Positions 50,841-59,671 of a DNA stretch of 64,000 bases are shown here, in pieces. Source of the stretch: an uncultured Eubacterium sp. (GTDB lineage Bacteria; Bacillota; Clostridia; Lachnospirales; Lachnospiraceae); the NCBI GenBank assembly GCA_904420085.1, contig CAJFUA010000076.1, forward strand, positions 27,988 to 91,987, read 5' to 3'. The notes below the pieces were generated by a model. The model saw only the letters and a program-made list of their open reading frames with translations. It had not been told where the DNA came from and did not search any database. A program made the position numbers and the translations under genes. Position 1 is the first letter of the stretch; each line of letters starts with the position of its first letter.

Positions 50841-52044
50841 CATATCCTCCTTTTACCACATCTCGCACGACTGCTTTTATCTGTCCGTCCTTTACGATGA
50901 GAGAAATCTTGTCCTCCTCCTTTACCTGCGCTGCTGTGTTTATGGGATTTCCTGCCTTGTCCGTCACATAGGCAAATCCTCTGGAAATTCTGTTAAGCGG
51001 AGATAATCCGTTTAATTTTTCGGCATATATGGCTAATGAATGCTTTCTGTCCTTTAATCTGTTTTTCAATGTTTCGTCCAATCTGGTATATAATTCATCC
51101 ATATATTGTTTTTTGTTTTGTAACTGATTTCGCGGATGATATACGTTCAGTTTTGTCTCATAATATTTGATATGCTCCCTATTTTTATCCAGACTTTTTT
51201 TCATCTCTGAGAAAAGCAGCTGATAATATTGGGATATTTTAACCGAAAACTCATGATAATCAAATACTGCCAGTTCCGCCGCGGCTGACGGCGTGGGCGC
51301 TCTCATATCTGCCACAAAATCAGCAATGGTTGTGTCCACTTCATGACCTACTGCCGAAATAACCGGCGTATGACAGTCAAAAATAGCTTTTGCCACGATT
51401 TTTTCATTAAACGCCCATAAATCTTCAATGGAACCTCCGCCTCTGCCTACAATCATCACATCCAAATTTAAACTGTCTAAATAGCGGATTCCGTTCACGA
51501 TATCTTCCGCCGCCTCTGCTCCCTGAACAAGGCTGGAATAGAGATATAACTGCACATAAGGATTCCGCCTTTTCGTTATATTCATAATATCCTGAATGGC
51601 CGCTCCTGTTTTTGCCGTACAGATACCAATCCGCAGAGCGTATTTCGGAATGGGCTTTTTATACATGGAATCAAAGAGACCCATTTCTTCCAGTTCCTTT
51701 TTTAGTTGCTCAAACCTCTGATATAAAAGTCCGGAGCCTTCCAATGTGATTTCTCTGGCATAAAGCTGGTATTTTCCACTCTGCTCATATACATTAATAT
51801 AACCGGAAACGACAACGTTCTGACCTTCTTCCAACTGAAATCCCAATCCGCCTCTGTTTCCTTTAAACATAACAGCAGAAATCACACCTGTTTTATCTTT
51901 TAGGGTAAAATAGATGTGTCCCGATGAGTGGTATTTACAGTTACTGATTTCACCTTTCACGCTGATATTGGATAAGGCAAAGTCCTGACTGAACATTTGT
52001 TTAATATAAGTATTAACCTGACCGACTGTATATACAGATGCCAT
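50830..52044 (-). CDS. xseA: Exodeoxyribonuclease VII large subunit
   Basis: SGHIYFTLKD, GRGGGSIEDLWAFNE, SAVGHE, APTPSAAAE. Confidence 0.97.
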   Translation of the reverse strand: MASVYTVGQVNTYIKQMFSQDFALSNISVKGEISNCKYHSSGHIYFTLKDKTGVISAVMFKGNRGGLGFQLEEGQNVVVSGYINVYEQSGKYQLYAREITLEGSGLLYQRFEQLKKELEEMGLFDSMYKKPIPKYALRIGICTAKTGAAIQDIMNITKRRNPYVQLYLYSSLVQGAEAAEDIVNGIRYLDSLNLDVMIVGRGGGSIEDLWAFNEKIVAKAIFDCHTPVISAVGHEVDTTIADFVADMRAPTPSAAAELAVFDYHEFSVKISQYYQLLFSEMKKSLDKNREHIKYYETKLNVYHPRNQLQNKKQYMDELYTRLDETLKNRLKDRKHSLAIYAEKLNGLSPLNRISRGFAYVTDKAGNPINTAAQVKEEDKISLIVKDGQIKAVVRDVVKGGYDGK

Positions 52045-52053
52045 ATCATTCTC

Positions 52054-52449
52054 CTAAAATAGTTTTGCTAAAATTCCATTGACAAAAGCCGGAGATTCGT
52101 CACTTCCATATTTTTTCGCCAGTTCCACCGCCTGGTCAACGGCCACCTTTTCCGGTATGTCCTCGTCCATTTTCATTTCATAATATGCCAGACGGATAAT
52201 TGTCAGATCCGTCTTTGACATTCTGTCCGTACTCCATCCTACGGACACTTTATTAATTTCTTTATCTATCTCATCCAGATGCCCGGCAATATCCGTAACC
52301 TTTGTCTGGATATATGTCCTGTTACTTTCTGTGCATTCTTCTAATGTATCCAGAAATAACCGATACTGTTCCGGCATCTCCTGTGCATTGTGAAACTCAT
52401 TACAGAATAAAAGTTTAAATATATTCTCTCTGACTTCCGCTCTTTTCAT
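52054..52449 (-). CDS. nusB: Transcription antitermination factor NusB
   Basis: WSTDRMSKTDLTIIRLA, AVELAKKYG, FVNGIL. Confidence 0.95.
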   Translation of the reverse strand: MKRAEVRENIFKLLFCNEFHNAQEMPEQYRLFLDTLEECTESNRTYIQTKVTDIAGHLDEIDKEINKVSVGWSTDRMSKTDLTIIRLAYYEMKMDEDIPEKVAVDQAVELAKKYGSDESPAFVNGILAKLF

Positions 52450-52476
52450 GTTCCCTCCACTGATTTTATTATGCTC

Positions 52477-52502
52477 AAAAAGGGTGTCTTTTCAGACACC
52501 CC
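52477..52502 (-). terminator. Intrinsic terminator between yqhY-like gene and nusB
   Basis: Minus strand GGGTGTCT-GAAA-AGACACCC-TTTTT. Confidence 0.7.
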
Positions 52503-52515
52503 AAATTTGAATCAT

Positions 52516-52887
52516 TTACTTTGATAAAACATTTGAAATATTTACATTGACATTGGCAACCTCAAGGCCGGTCATATTTTCCACCGTGGTTTTTATTTTT
52601 TCCTGAACTTTCTTGGAAATCCTTATAATGTTCTCGTTCATTCTGAGAACAATCGCCACGTCGATCATGACACTGTTTTCTGCCACGTCCACCCTGACGC
52701 CTTTCGCCAATTTCTTTACACCTAACTTTTCAACGATTTCTGAAGTAATATTTCCTGCCATTCCGATAACACCGTCTACCTCCAAAGCTGCCATGGCTGA
52801 AATAACTGCTAAAACATCATCGCTGATGTGTACATCACCTAAATCAGAATTATCATTTATTTTATAAGTATTTCTCACAGTATCCAT
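52516..52887 (-). CDS. Asp23/Gls24 family protein (YqhY-like)
   Basis: GDVHISDDVLAVI, KGVRV, VQEKIKTTVENMTGL; start MDTVRN behind AGGAGG. Confidence 0.9.
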   Translation of the reverse strand: MDTVRNTYKINDNSDLGDVHISDDVLAVISAMAALEVDGVIGMAGNITSEIVEKLGVKKLAKGVRVDVAENSVMIDVAIVLRMNENIIRISKKVQEKIKTTVENMTGLEVANVNVNISNVLSK

Positions 52888-52933
52888 TCTAATACCTCCT
52901 ATGAAACTCCGGTTGAGCATTGAAACTAGAAAT

Positions 52934-52962
52934 AGTATACCATTAATACCTGTTTTTTACAA
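52934..52962 (-). promoter_or_regulatory. Sigma-A promoter for the yqhY-nusB operon
   Basis: TTGTAA-17-TATACT with TG extended -10. Confidence 0.55.
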
Positions 52963-53005
52963 CTATAATCCAATTCTGATATTGCGTTTGAAAATACACG
53001 AAAAC

Positions 53006-53227
53006 TTACTGAAGACGCTCTATCATCTCAACCAGCGTATCAACATTCTCGAAATTTTCCTCTGTCTTTTCTTCCATTGTAATTTCAATGTCAAACTTAT
53101 CTTCTAATTCTGCAATCAAAGCAATAATATCCATAGAATCCAAGTCCTCCGGAAGATTCATATCCTCATCATTCACGTCGATATCCGGGCTAATCATCTC
53201 CAAAATTTCAATCACTTCATCTCTCAT
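53006..53227 (-). CDS. Acyl carrier protein (DltC-like)
   Basis: 73 aa, very acidic, LDSM phosphopantetheinyl Ser, LEDKFDIEI, ENFENV. Confidence 0.9.
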   Translation of the reverse strand: MRDEVIEILEMISPDIDVNDEDMNLPEDLDSMDIIALIAELEDKFDIEITMEEKTEENFENVDTLVEMIERLQ

Positions 53228-53275
53228 AGTAGTTCTCCTCTCTTATTCTGTATATTTTATATGTTTACCATATGC

Positions 53276-54775
53276 TTACTTATTATTTAAAGCTTTCAAC
53301 TCTTTTCTGATAATTTATCCGTTGAACGTTCTCGGAATTTCATCAATCACCTCAAAAACTTTCGGAACTTTTAACGATTCAAGCTTTGACAACATATATT
53401 TGGAAAGTTCTTTCTGGTCAAATCCAAAACCTTCATTCAATACCACAAACAGTTTTGGCGCCTCTGTAGTGATTTCATCAGGAATCGGAATGCAGGCACA
53501 ATCTTTAATCATCTCATGCTTCATGACCACTTCCTCAATTTCCGTAGGGGCAATTTTGATTCCGCCCATATTGATGACTTCTCCCTGACGTCCCAACAGA
53601 TAAACCAGTCCGTCATCGCCTAAATATCCCAAATCATTGGTATAAACCACACCCTGATCATCCATGACTTCCGCAGTAATTTCCGGCTCTTTGTAATAAC
53701 CTTTCATGTTCATTTTTCCTCTAAAGGCTAAAATGCCCGGATTTTCCGGTGAAGCCTCCACCGGATTCCTACTTTCATCTACAAACAGAATTTCCGTGTT
53801 TACCGTGGTTCTTCCAATACATTTCTGTTTATCGCCATATTTGCTGAACTCTAAAATAACAGTACACCCTGATTCCGTTGCGCCGTAAGTATTGTACAGT
53901 CTGGTATCAGGAAACATCTGTGTCAAAATCTTTTTATTATTTTCAGACAACGGCGCAGAGCCCAATTGAATGTAATTCAGTTGATTCTTATATGATGCAA
54001 AACGGTCTTTCGCAAATTTCAGCACCTGCTCTAATATTGCCGGAACAAAAGTAATTGCCGTAATTTTATAAGTATCCAAGATTTTAAAGAAATCTTCCAC
54101 AAACTTGATTCCGTCTGTTAAAACAAGAGAACTTCCGTTATAAATTGCACCATAAGTTCTTCGAATGGCCAGTGAATGATTAATCGGCGTGGTAATTAAC
54201 TCTACCTCATCCTTTCCAATCTGCACACTGTCCATGACGTTCTGTGCAATGGCAATATTACAGCCACAGGTCACTTCAATTCCTTTAGATTTGCCTGTGG
54301 TACCTGTGGTAAATAAAATCTCCGACAAGTCGTCTTCTTTCGGAAATTCAAATGCCAAAGGTCTGATTGGATTTTCTTCATCTCTCACTGCTTTAAAAAG
54401 TTCTTTTAAACTGATGTTGTTTACCTGCTCATTTTTTACCGGTTTATCCGCCAGATATATATTGGAGTCCACAAAATCCATAATTTCCATAATTCTGTCA
54501 TCCTTAATTGCTTTTTCCAGAGGACAGACTGCACCACCCACCAGTTGTACGGCAAAAACGCCTAACACAAACTCTACTTTCTGGGCTCCCCGAATCACAA
54601 CCATGTCACCTTTTTTCACGCCTTTTTCACGAAGCCAGGTGGCAGCTCTTTCTACCATCGTCCAGAACTCTCCATAAGTTGCATGGTTCTTTTTATCTCC
54701 CACACACAATTTATCCGGCGTTTTCTGTGCATTTAATTTTAACGCTTCAATAATTGAAGTCACGCTTTTCTCCAT
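53276..54775 (-). pseudogene. AMP-binding (ANL) acyl-adenylating enzyme, interrupted by TAA at the A10 lysine codon (53315-53317)
   Basis: FTTGTTGKSKG, PINH, NTYGATE, TNDLG, GR..INMGG; frame continues PRTFNG*IIRKELKALNNK* to a second stop at 53276. Confidence 0.75.
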
Positions 54776-54787
54776 GATATCCTCCTT

Positions 54788-56398
54788 TTAGAACTGACCG
54801 TATACAAATGTTCCGGCATCATACCCTGAACCGTAAATACCAAATATAATAATTCCAAAAATCAGTCCGAAATACAAAATCCATCGGAAAATCAAATTCT
54901 GCTCGCAGACAACATCTCTGATTCCTTTTCCCTCAACTGCAAATTTTTCCTGCAGCATGCTGACAGCCCATACAAGCCCAATCAGCAGAAGGGACAATGT
55001 AAATCCGTGTCTGTCCAGTCCAAAAGAATACAAACTTTCGTCCCACATGGTGTGGAGTCCGAAATTTCTAAAATCAAAAGTCCTCTTTATAATCAGCAGA
55101 GCATGTGTAAAACCTGCTGTGGAAACAAAGAAAATTCTGCCGATGGCTGACAGGAAAAAGGTTCTTGCCATTCTAAATAAATTAAATGAGAAACATTCTG
55201 TATTGATATGCAGAACTTTTGTCAGTTTTTGAATCGGCAGTTCAAACAATGCGCCCAGAATAATCAGTATTCCATGATAAATTCCCCAAAATACATAGCA
55301 CATTGCCGCTCCGTGCCAGACGCCTGTCACAATCCAGACGCAGGCTGCCGGTATGACTGTAGAGAATGCCCTGGACATCTGATTTCCCCATTTCTTTCTC
55401 GTGAACCGGTTAATGGATTTACACAACTTCGACATGGATACCGGATACAATAAATAGTCTTTAAACCACTCACCCAAAGTAATATGCCATCTTCTCCAAA
55501 ATTCCGGCATATTTTTTGAAAAATATGGGTGCCAGAAGTTTCTGTCCAGTTCGATTCCAAAAATCTGTGAGACACCACGGGCGATATCCATACATCCTGT
55601 CCAGTCTAAGTATAACTGCATGGAGAAAAATACAATGGCAAGCACCAGCGGCAGACCTGTCACTTCATCCCATCTGGCATACACGCCGTTTGCAAAAATA
55701 GCCAGTCTGTCGGCAATAACCATTTTTTCAAAGTAACCCCAAAGCATTAAAAGCAGACCTTTTTTAACTCTGTCATAGTCGAATTTATGTCTGGTAAAAA
55801 ACTGCTTGGACAGTTTATTGTATCTTCCAATCGGTCCCTGCACGATATGTGGAAAATAAGATGCAAACAGTGCCAGTTTCAAAAGGTTGGTCTCTGCCCT
55901 GTATCTCTTCCAATAGATATCCAAAATATATCCCACTGCCATAAAAGTATAAAAGGAAATTCCTAAAGGCAGAACAAAATCGAATGTTTTCGACCAGTTC
56001 ACGTTAAATTCAGCCAATATTGCTGACACACCGCTCAATGCAAAGTCGGCATACTTGATGACACATAACATTCCCAGATTAATCAGCAGATCCAATATCA
56101 GCCAGAATTTTCTTACTCTTGTATACTTCTTTTTAATTTCTTTCTTTTTGTCTTTAGATAATTCATGTTCCGTGACATAGTTCTTTTCTTTATCATGTAA
56201 AGACTGAATCTTTCTCGCCAGAAGATACGTCGTAATGGATGTAACCGCTATATAAACAATATATTTCGGTCCTGAAAACAGATAAAACGCAATGCTGGCA
56301 AGCAGCAAAAGTACCCATTGGCATTTCCTAAACAGGGTAAAGTATAAAAACGCAACTGCAAATACAAATACTAAAAAAATTAAACTGGTGAATATCAT
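54788..56398 (-). CDS. MBOAT family O-acyltransferase (AlgI/PatA/DltB-like)
   Basis: PLGISFYTF, FPHIVQGPI, EFWRRWHITL, TGVWHG (catalytic His), C-terminal FVYGQF. Confidence 0.95.
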   Translation of the reverse strand: MIFTSLIFLVFVFAVAFLYFTLFRKCQWVLLLLASIAFYLFSGPKYIVYIAVTSITTYLLARKIQSLHDKEKNYVTEHELSKDKKKEIKKKYTRVRKFWLILDLLINLGMLCVIKYADFALSGVSAILAEFNVNWSKTFDFVLPLGISFYTFMAVGYILDIYWKRYRAETNLLKLALFASYFPHIVQGPIGRYNKLSKQFFTRHKFDYDRVKKGLLLMLWGYFEKMVIADRLAIFANGVYARWDEVTGLPLVLAIVFFSMQLYLDWTGCMDIARGVSQIFGIELDRNFWHPYFSKNMPEFWRRWHITLGEWFKDYLLYPVSMSKLCKSINRFTRKKWGNQMSRAFSTVIPAACVWIVTGVWHGAAMCYVFWGIYHGILIILGALFELPIQKLTKVLHINTECFSFNLFRMARTFFLSAIGRIFFVSTAGFTHALLIIKRTFDFRNFGLHTMWDESLYSFGLDRHGFTLSLLLIGLVWAVSMLQEKFAVEGKGIRDVVCEQNLIFRWILYFGLIFGIIIFGIYGSGYDAGTFVYGQF

Positions 56399-57978
56399 CC
56401 CTTACCCTTTCTCCCTATACTGACACTGCCATAGGAATTATTTCGCAAGGAAACAGTATCAATAACCTTTTTTGTTTTTTTGTTGTAGACAACAATATTC
56501 ATTAATTCTCCATACACATCCCCACAATTATTATTGTCTACTCTCACGGAACAAAGTCCTCCGGTAATATTCATCGTAAAGGATGTTCCGTCACTGAATT
56601 GTCCCCCCTCATTAATGACCTGCGTTGCATACCTGTCTTCCTCATTGGACACATTAACCGGCTGCCCTTTTGTTTCCAAAGTATCAGAAACATAAGCAAG
56701 GTTATTTCCGTACTCAGAATCTTTCAAGAACGCATCGATGTCGATATTTAACTCTTTCAAAAGTTTTTTCTGGTTCTCAGAAAAATATAGTTTCGAAGAC
56801 TGTGACCCTGCGGTTAAAATCACTGAATAATTTTTATCCTTAATTAGTTTCAGGTAATTATCCAGATTATTTTCCATACAAAGTTTTGCAGTTTTTATAT
56901 AATCGTTGTATTTGTCCATTCCTGACTGGAAATCCCCTTTAATTGGGGAACTTCCTTCTTTATAATTTGTCAGTTCGTAATGATCCGTCAAATATTGACC
57001 AAGATATGATGTTACTTTCTTTGCACCATTTACATTCATGTGAATGGAATCTGCGCCGTCTTCGGAGAATTCAAGTCCCATTTTTTCTCTGATGGATTTC
57101 AGATTTAAATCAATATATTTTACGCCTGCTTCCTGTGCAATGTCCTTTACATAATTATATTTTTTTACACTCCAAGTAGTATCCGGCGTTTTAAACAGCA
57201 CAAGTTCTACATTATTTTCTTTGGCAACCTCTGCAATTCTCTTAACATAGGCCTTATTTGTGCCATTATATTGACTGTACTCTACTTCCTTATCTTCAAA
57301 TCCATCATAATCTCCTGCTTCATCACTTGCAGGATCGTATGACGATACATACTTGAATGTGTTGGACAAGACAGCAAAACCTTTTGTGTCGGACTTATTA
57401 TTTCCCAACGCAAAATCGTAATCATCATAGGATAATTCCGACCATCTGGTATGATAGAGAGAAAGTGGGAAAAGATACTCCCAGATGTCCATCTCTTCAT
57501 CTGTGCCCACTAAATCCCTGCCCGAATTTACTGTTTCCACTGCATATTGAAATTTATTGATGCCCGGTTTCATGTAATCGTAAGATTTTCTTGCCTTTGT
57601 TTCCAGCTTATCACTCTGTCTTCCCAGTGTCTTAACTTCCACAAAGATGACTTTCGGCTTCTGTGTTTTTAAGGCTTCTTTTACCCAAAAGAAAGAGCCG
57701 CTCATTGTCTGAGAAATAACACCCAGATTATATGAGGCAATGCCATATTCTTTATATAACAGAAACGGATCAACAGCCGCTGCCGTCACGCTGGACCCAA
57801 AAAACAATACATCCGTACTGTTTTTGTCCAAATCATAGAAACTTACATCTGTTTTTGAAGACTGCCATCTGTCCTCCAGCCATTTTGGTTTAAAAAGACT
57901 ATTGACACAGCTTAGTAAAACAGCAAATACCAAACAAAAACATATTATCTTTGTTAATATTTTGACTTTTCTTTTCAT
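56395..57978 (-). CDS. Membrane-anchored SGNH-like (DltD/AlgJ-like) protein with extra C-terminal domain
   Basis: N-terminal anchor, FFGSS (block I Ser), YHTRW, DSIHMN (DxxH); stop overlaps MBOAT start (ATGA). Confidence 0.75.
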   Translation of the reverse strand: MKRKVKILTKIICFCLVFAVLLSCVNSLFKPKWLEDRWQSSKTDVSFYDLDKNSTDVLFFGSSVTAAAVDPFLLYKEYGIASYNLGVISQTMSGSFFWVKEALKTQKPKVIFVEVKTLGRQSDKLETKARKSYDYMKPGINKFQYAVETVNSGRDLVGTDEEMDIWEYLFPLSLYHTRWSELSYDDYDFALGNNKSDTKGFAVLSNTFKYVSSYDPASDEAGDYDGFEDKEVEYSQYNGTNKAYVKRIAEVAKENNVELVLFKTPDTTWSVKKYNYVKDIAQEAGVKYIDLNLKSIREKMGLEFSEDGADSIHMNVNGAKKVTSYLGQYLTDHYELTNYKEGSSPIKGDFQSGMDKYNDYIKTAKLCMENNLDNYLKLIKDKNYSVILTAGSQSSKLYFSENQKKLLKELNIDIDAFLKDSEYGNNLAYVSDTLETKGQPVNVSNEEDRYATQVINEGGQFSDGTSFTMNITGGLCSVRVDNNNCGDVYGELMNIVVYNKKTKKVIDTVSLRNNSYGSVSIGRKGKG

Positions 57979-57994
57979 TTAACTACACTCCGAT

Positions 57995-58762
57995 TTAGTT
58001 CTTTTTTGCATTTTCTTCTGTTAAGAGATTATTTAAATGTTCCCAAAGTTCTCCATATCCTTCGCTTGCCGGTGTTACCGGTTTTTGAATCGGGTTATAC
58101 ATATGTTCCTTGATGACACCGTCTTTTGACATGACCATAATTCTGTTTCCAAGAGCAATGGCTTCCTGGATATTATGGGTGATAAACAGCACAGTCATTT
58201 TCTCCTTTTCTTTAATATGTGTAAGCTCTGACTGCATTTGATTTCGTGTCATGGCATCCAGTGCGGCGAAAGGCTCATCCATCATGATAATTTTAGAACC
58301 TAAAGCCATTCCCTTTGCGATGGCAACTCTCTGTTTCATACCACCGCTTAACTGATGAGGATAATAATTTTTATATTGCAGCAGATGAACTTTCTCTAAA
58401 TATTTCTCTGCTCTTTCAACCCGTTCTTTTTTATTTTTCATTCCACCTACCTTCAAAGGAAATGTGAGATTTCCCAATACAGTTTTCCATGGGAACAACT
58501 GATTAAAATCCTGAAATACCATAATTCTGTCCGTGCCGGGACCTTTTACTTTTTTCCCACTGACTTCAATCAGTCCTTCATAATCCTCAAAACCTGCAAT
58601 ACATCTGATTAACGTAGATTTGCCACAGCCGGACGGACCTAAAACGCACAAAAAATCTTCCTCATGCACTGTCAGGTCGATTCCTTTCAGTATGACATTC
58701 GGTGAATTACTATATTGTTTTTTCAAATTTTCTATCTTTAATATTTCTTTTTTATCGCTCAT
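57995..58762 (-). CDS. ABC transporter ATP-binding protein (NitT/TauT, SsuB/TauB-like)
   Basis: GPSGCGKST, VFQDFNQLFPW, YPHQLSGGMKQR, MDEPFAALD, ITHNIQEA. Confidence 0.93.
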   Translation of the reverse strand: MSDKKEILKIENLKKQYSNSPNVILKGIDLTVHEEDFLCVLGPSGCGKSTLIRCIAGFEDYEGLIEVSGKKVKGPGTDRIMVFQDFNQLFPWKTVLGNLTFPLKVGGMKNKKERVERAEKYLEKVHLLQYKNYYPHQLSGGMKQRVAIAKGMALGSKIIMMDEPFAALDAMTRNQMQSELTHIKEKEKMTVLFITHNIQEAIALGNRIMVMSKDGVIKEHMYNPIQKPVTPASEGYGELWEHLNNLLTEENAKKN

Positions 58763-59544
58763 CGTGTCATACCCCATTTCTTAAATGTTCTATTCTCGAT
58801 ATTTCTGAAGATGCCATATTCCACAACCAGTCCGATGAGAATAATGATAATAATGGTAGCATAGATGCTGGCCAGATCACTGTTATCTCTTCTCTGCGTG
58901 ATGTAATAGCCCATACCAATGGTTCCTGCACCGCCAAATACCATTTCGGCACTGATCAGACCTCTCCATGCCCTTGCCCAGCCTACTTTAATACCTGAAA
59001 AAATTCTTGGCATGGCTGCCGGTATAAACACTCCGAATAAAAGTTTGACTGGTGATAATCCGATATTCTGTCCCACTTCCAAATAAAGTTTCGGTACGGC
59101 ATTGAATCCGTCAATAATACTGCGGGACATGGGCCATACAACCGAATGAATTACCAGAATTACGATTGCCAAGTCATTCTGACCGTATAAAAAGATAATC
59201 AGGGCTGAAATCAAAGCAATACCCGGTATCAGGTCAAACATGGAAACAATCATATTGTACACTGCTGAAAACGTATCCGAAATCACGGACAGACCGGATA
59301 AGACAATTGCCAGACCGATACCGATAGCAAGTCCTTCCAGCATCAACAGCAATGAATGCCACATGATACCTCCAAAATCTTTCTCCGTAAATCCCCATAT
59401 CATCCTTTCAAAAATAGTTTTAAAAGAAGGAAATAAATTGGCATTGTCTGCTTTTGCAAAGTTATATGCCACAATTTCCCAAATTGCCACAACCAGCACC
59501 ACAAATATTATCTGGGCTGCTAATCTTTTTGTTTTCTGATTCAA
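58759..59544 (-). CDS. ABC transporter permease (SsuC/TauC-like)
   Basis: Six TM segments, LFPS, PAAMPRIFSGIKVG..AWRGLISAEM; TTG start. Confidence 0.9.
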   Translation of the reverse strand: MNQKTKRLAAQIIFVVLVVAIWEIVAYNFAKADNANLFPSFKTIFERMIWGFTEKDFGGIMWHSLLLMLEGLAIGIGLAIVLSGLSVISDTFSAVYNMIVSMFDLIPGIALISALIIFLYGQNDLAIVILVIHSVVWPMSRSIIDGFNAVPKLYLEVGQNIGLSPVKLLFGVFIPAAMPRIFSGIKVGWARAWRGLISAEMVFGGAGTIGMGYYITQRRDNSDLASIYATIIIIILIGLVVEYGIFRNIENRTFKKWGMTR

Positions 59545-59601
59545 TATTTTTTCTCCTTAATAATAATTATATTTTATTAATAATAATATCTTCAAACAGC
59601 A

Positions 59602-59653
59602 AAAAACATAGCAATCAAATATCAAAACCAACTCAACACTGTGCTATGTTTTT
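59602..59653. promoter_or_regulatory. Intercistronic stem-loop between SBP and permease genes
   Basis: AAAAACATAGCA ... TGCTATGTTTTT 12-bp arms; typical mRNA-stabilising or attenuating element in ABC operons. Confidence 0.55.
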
Positions 59654-59671
59654 CGCAATTACTCTTTACTA

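Noticed and set aside
53315-53317. TAA reassigned or recoded (alternative genetic code)
   Set aside because: TAA is the normal stop for many intact genes in the window; no other in-frame stops and no recoding signal seen
53006-57978. Canonical dltABCD operon
   Set aside because: Ligase lacks DltA-type amino-acid-binding motifs, the MBOAT is the long AlgI-type, and gene order and the linked ABC importer differ
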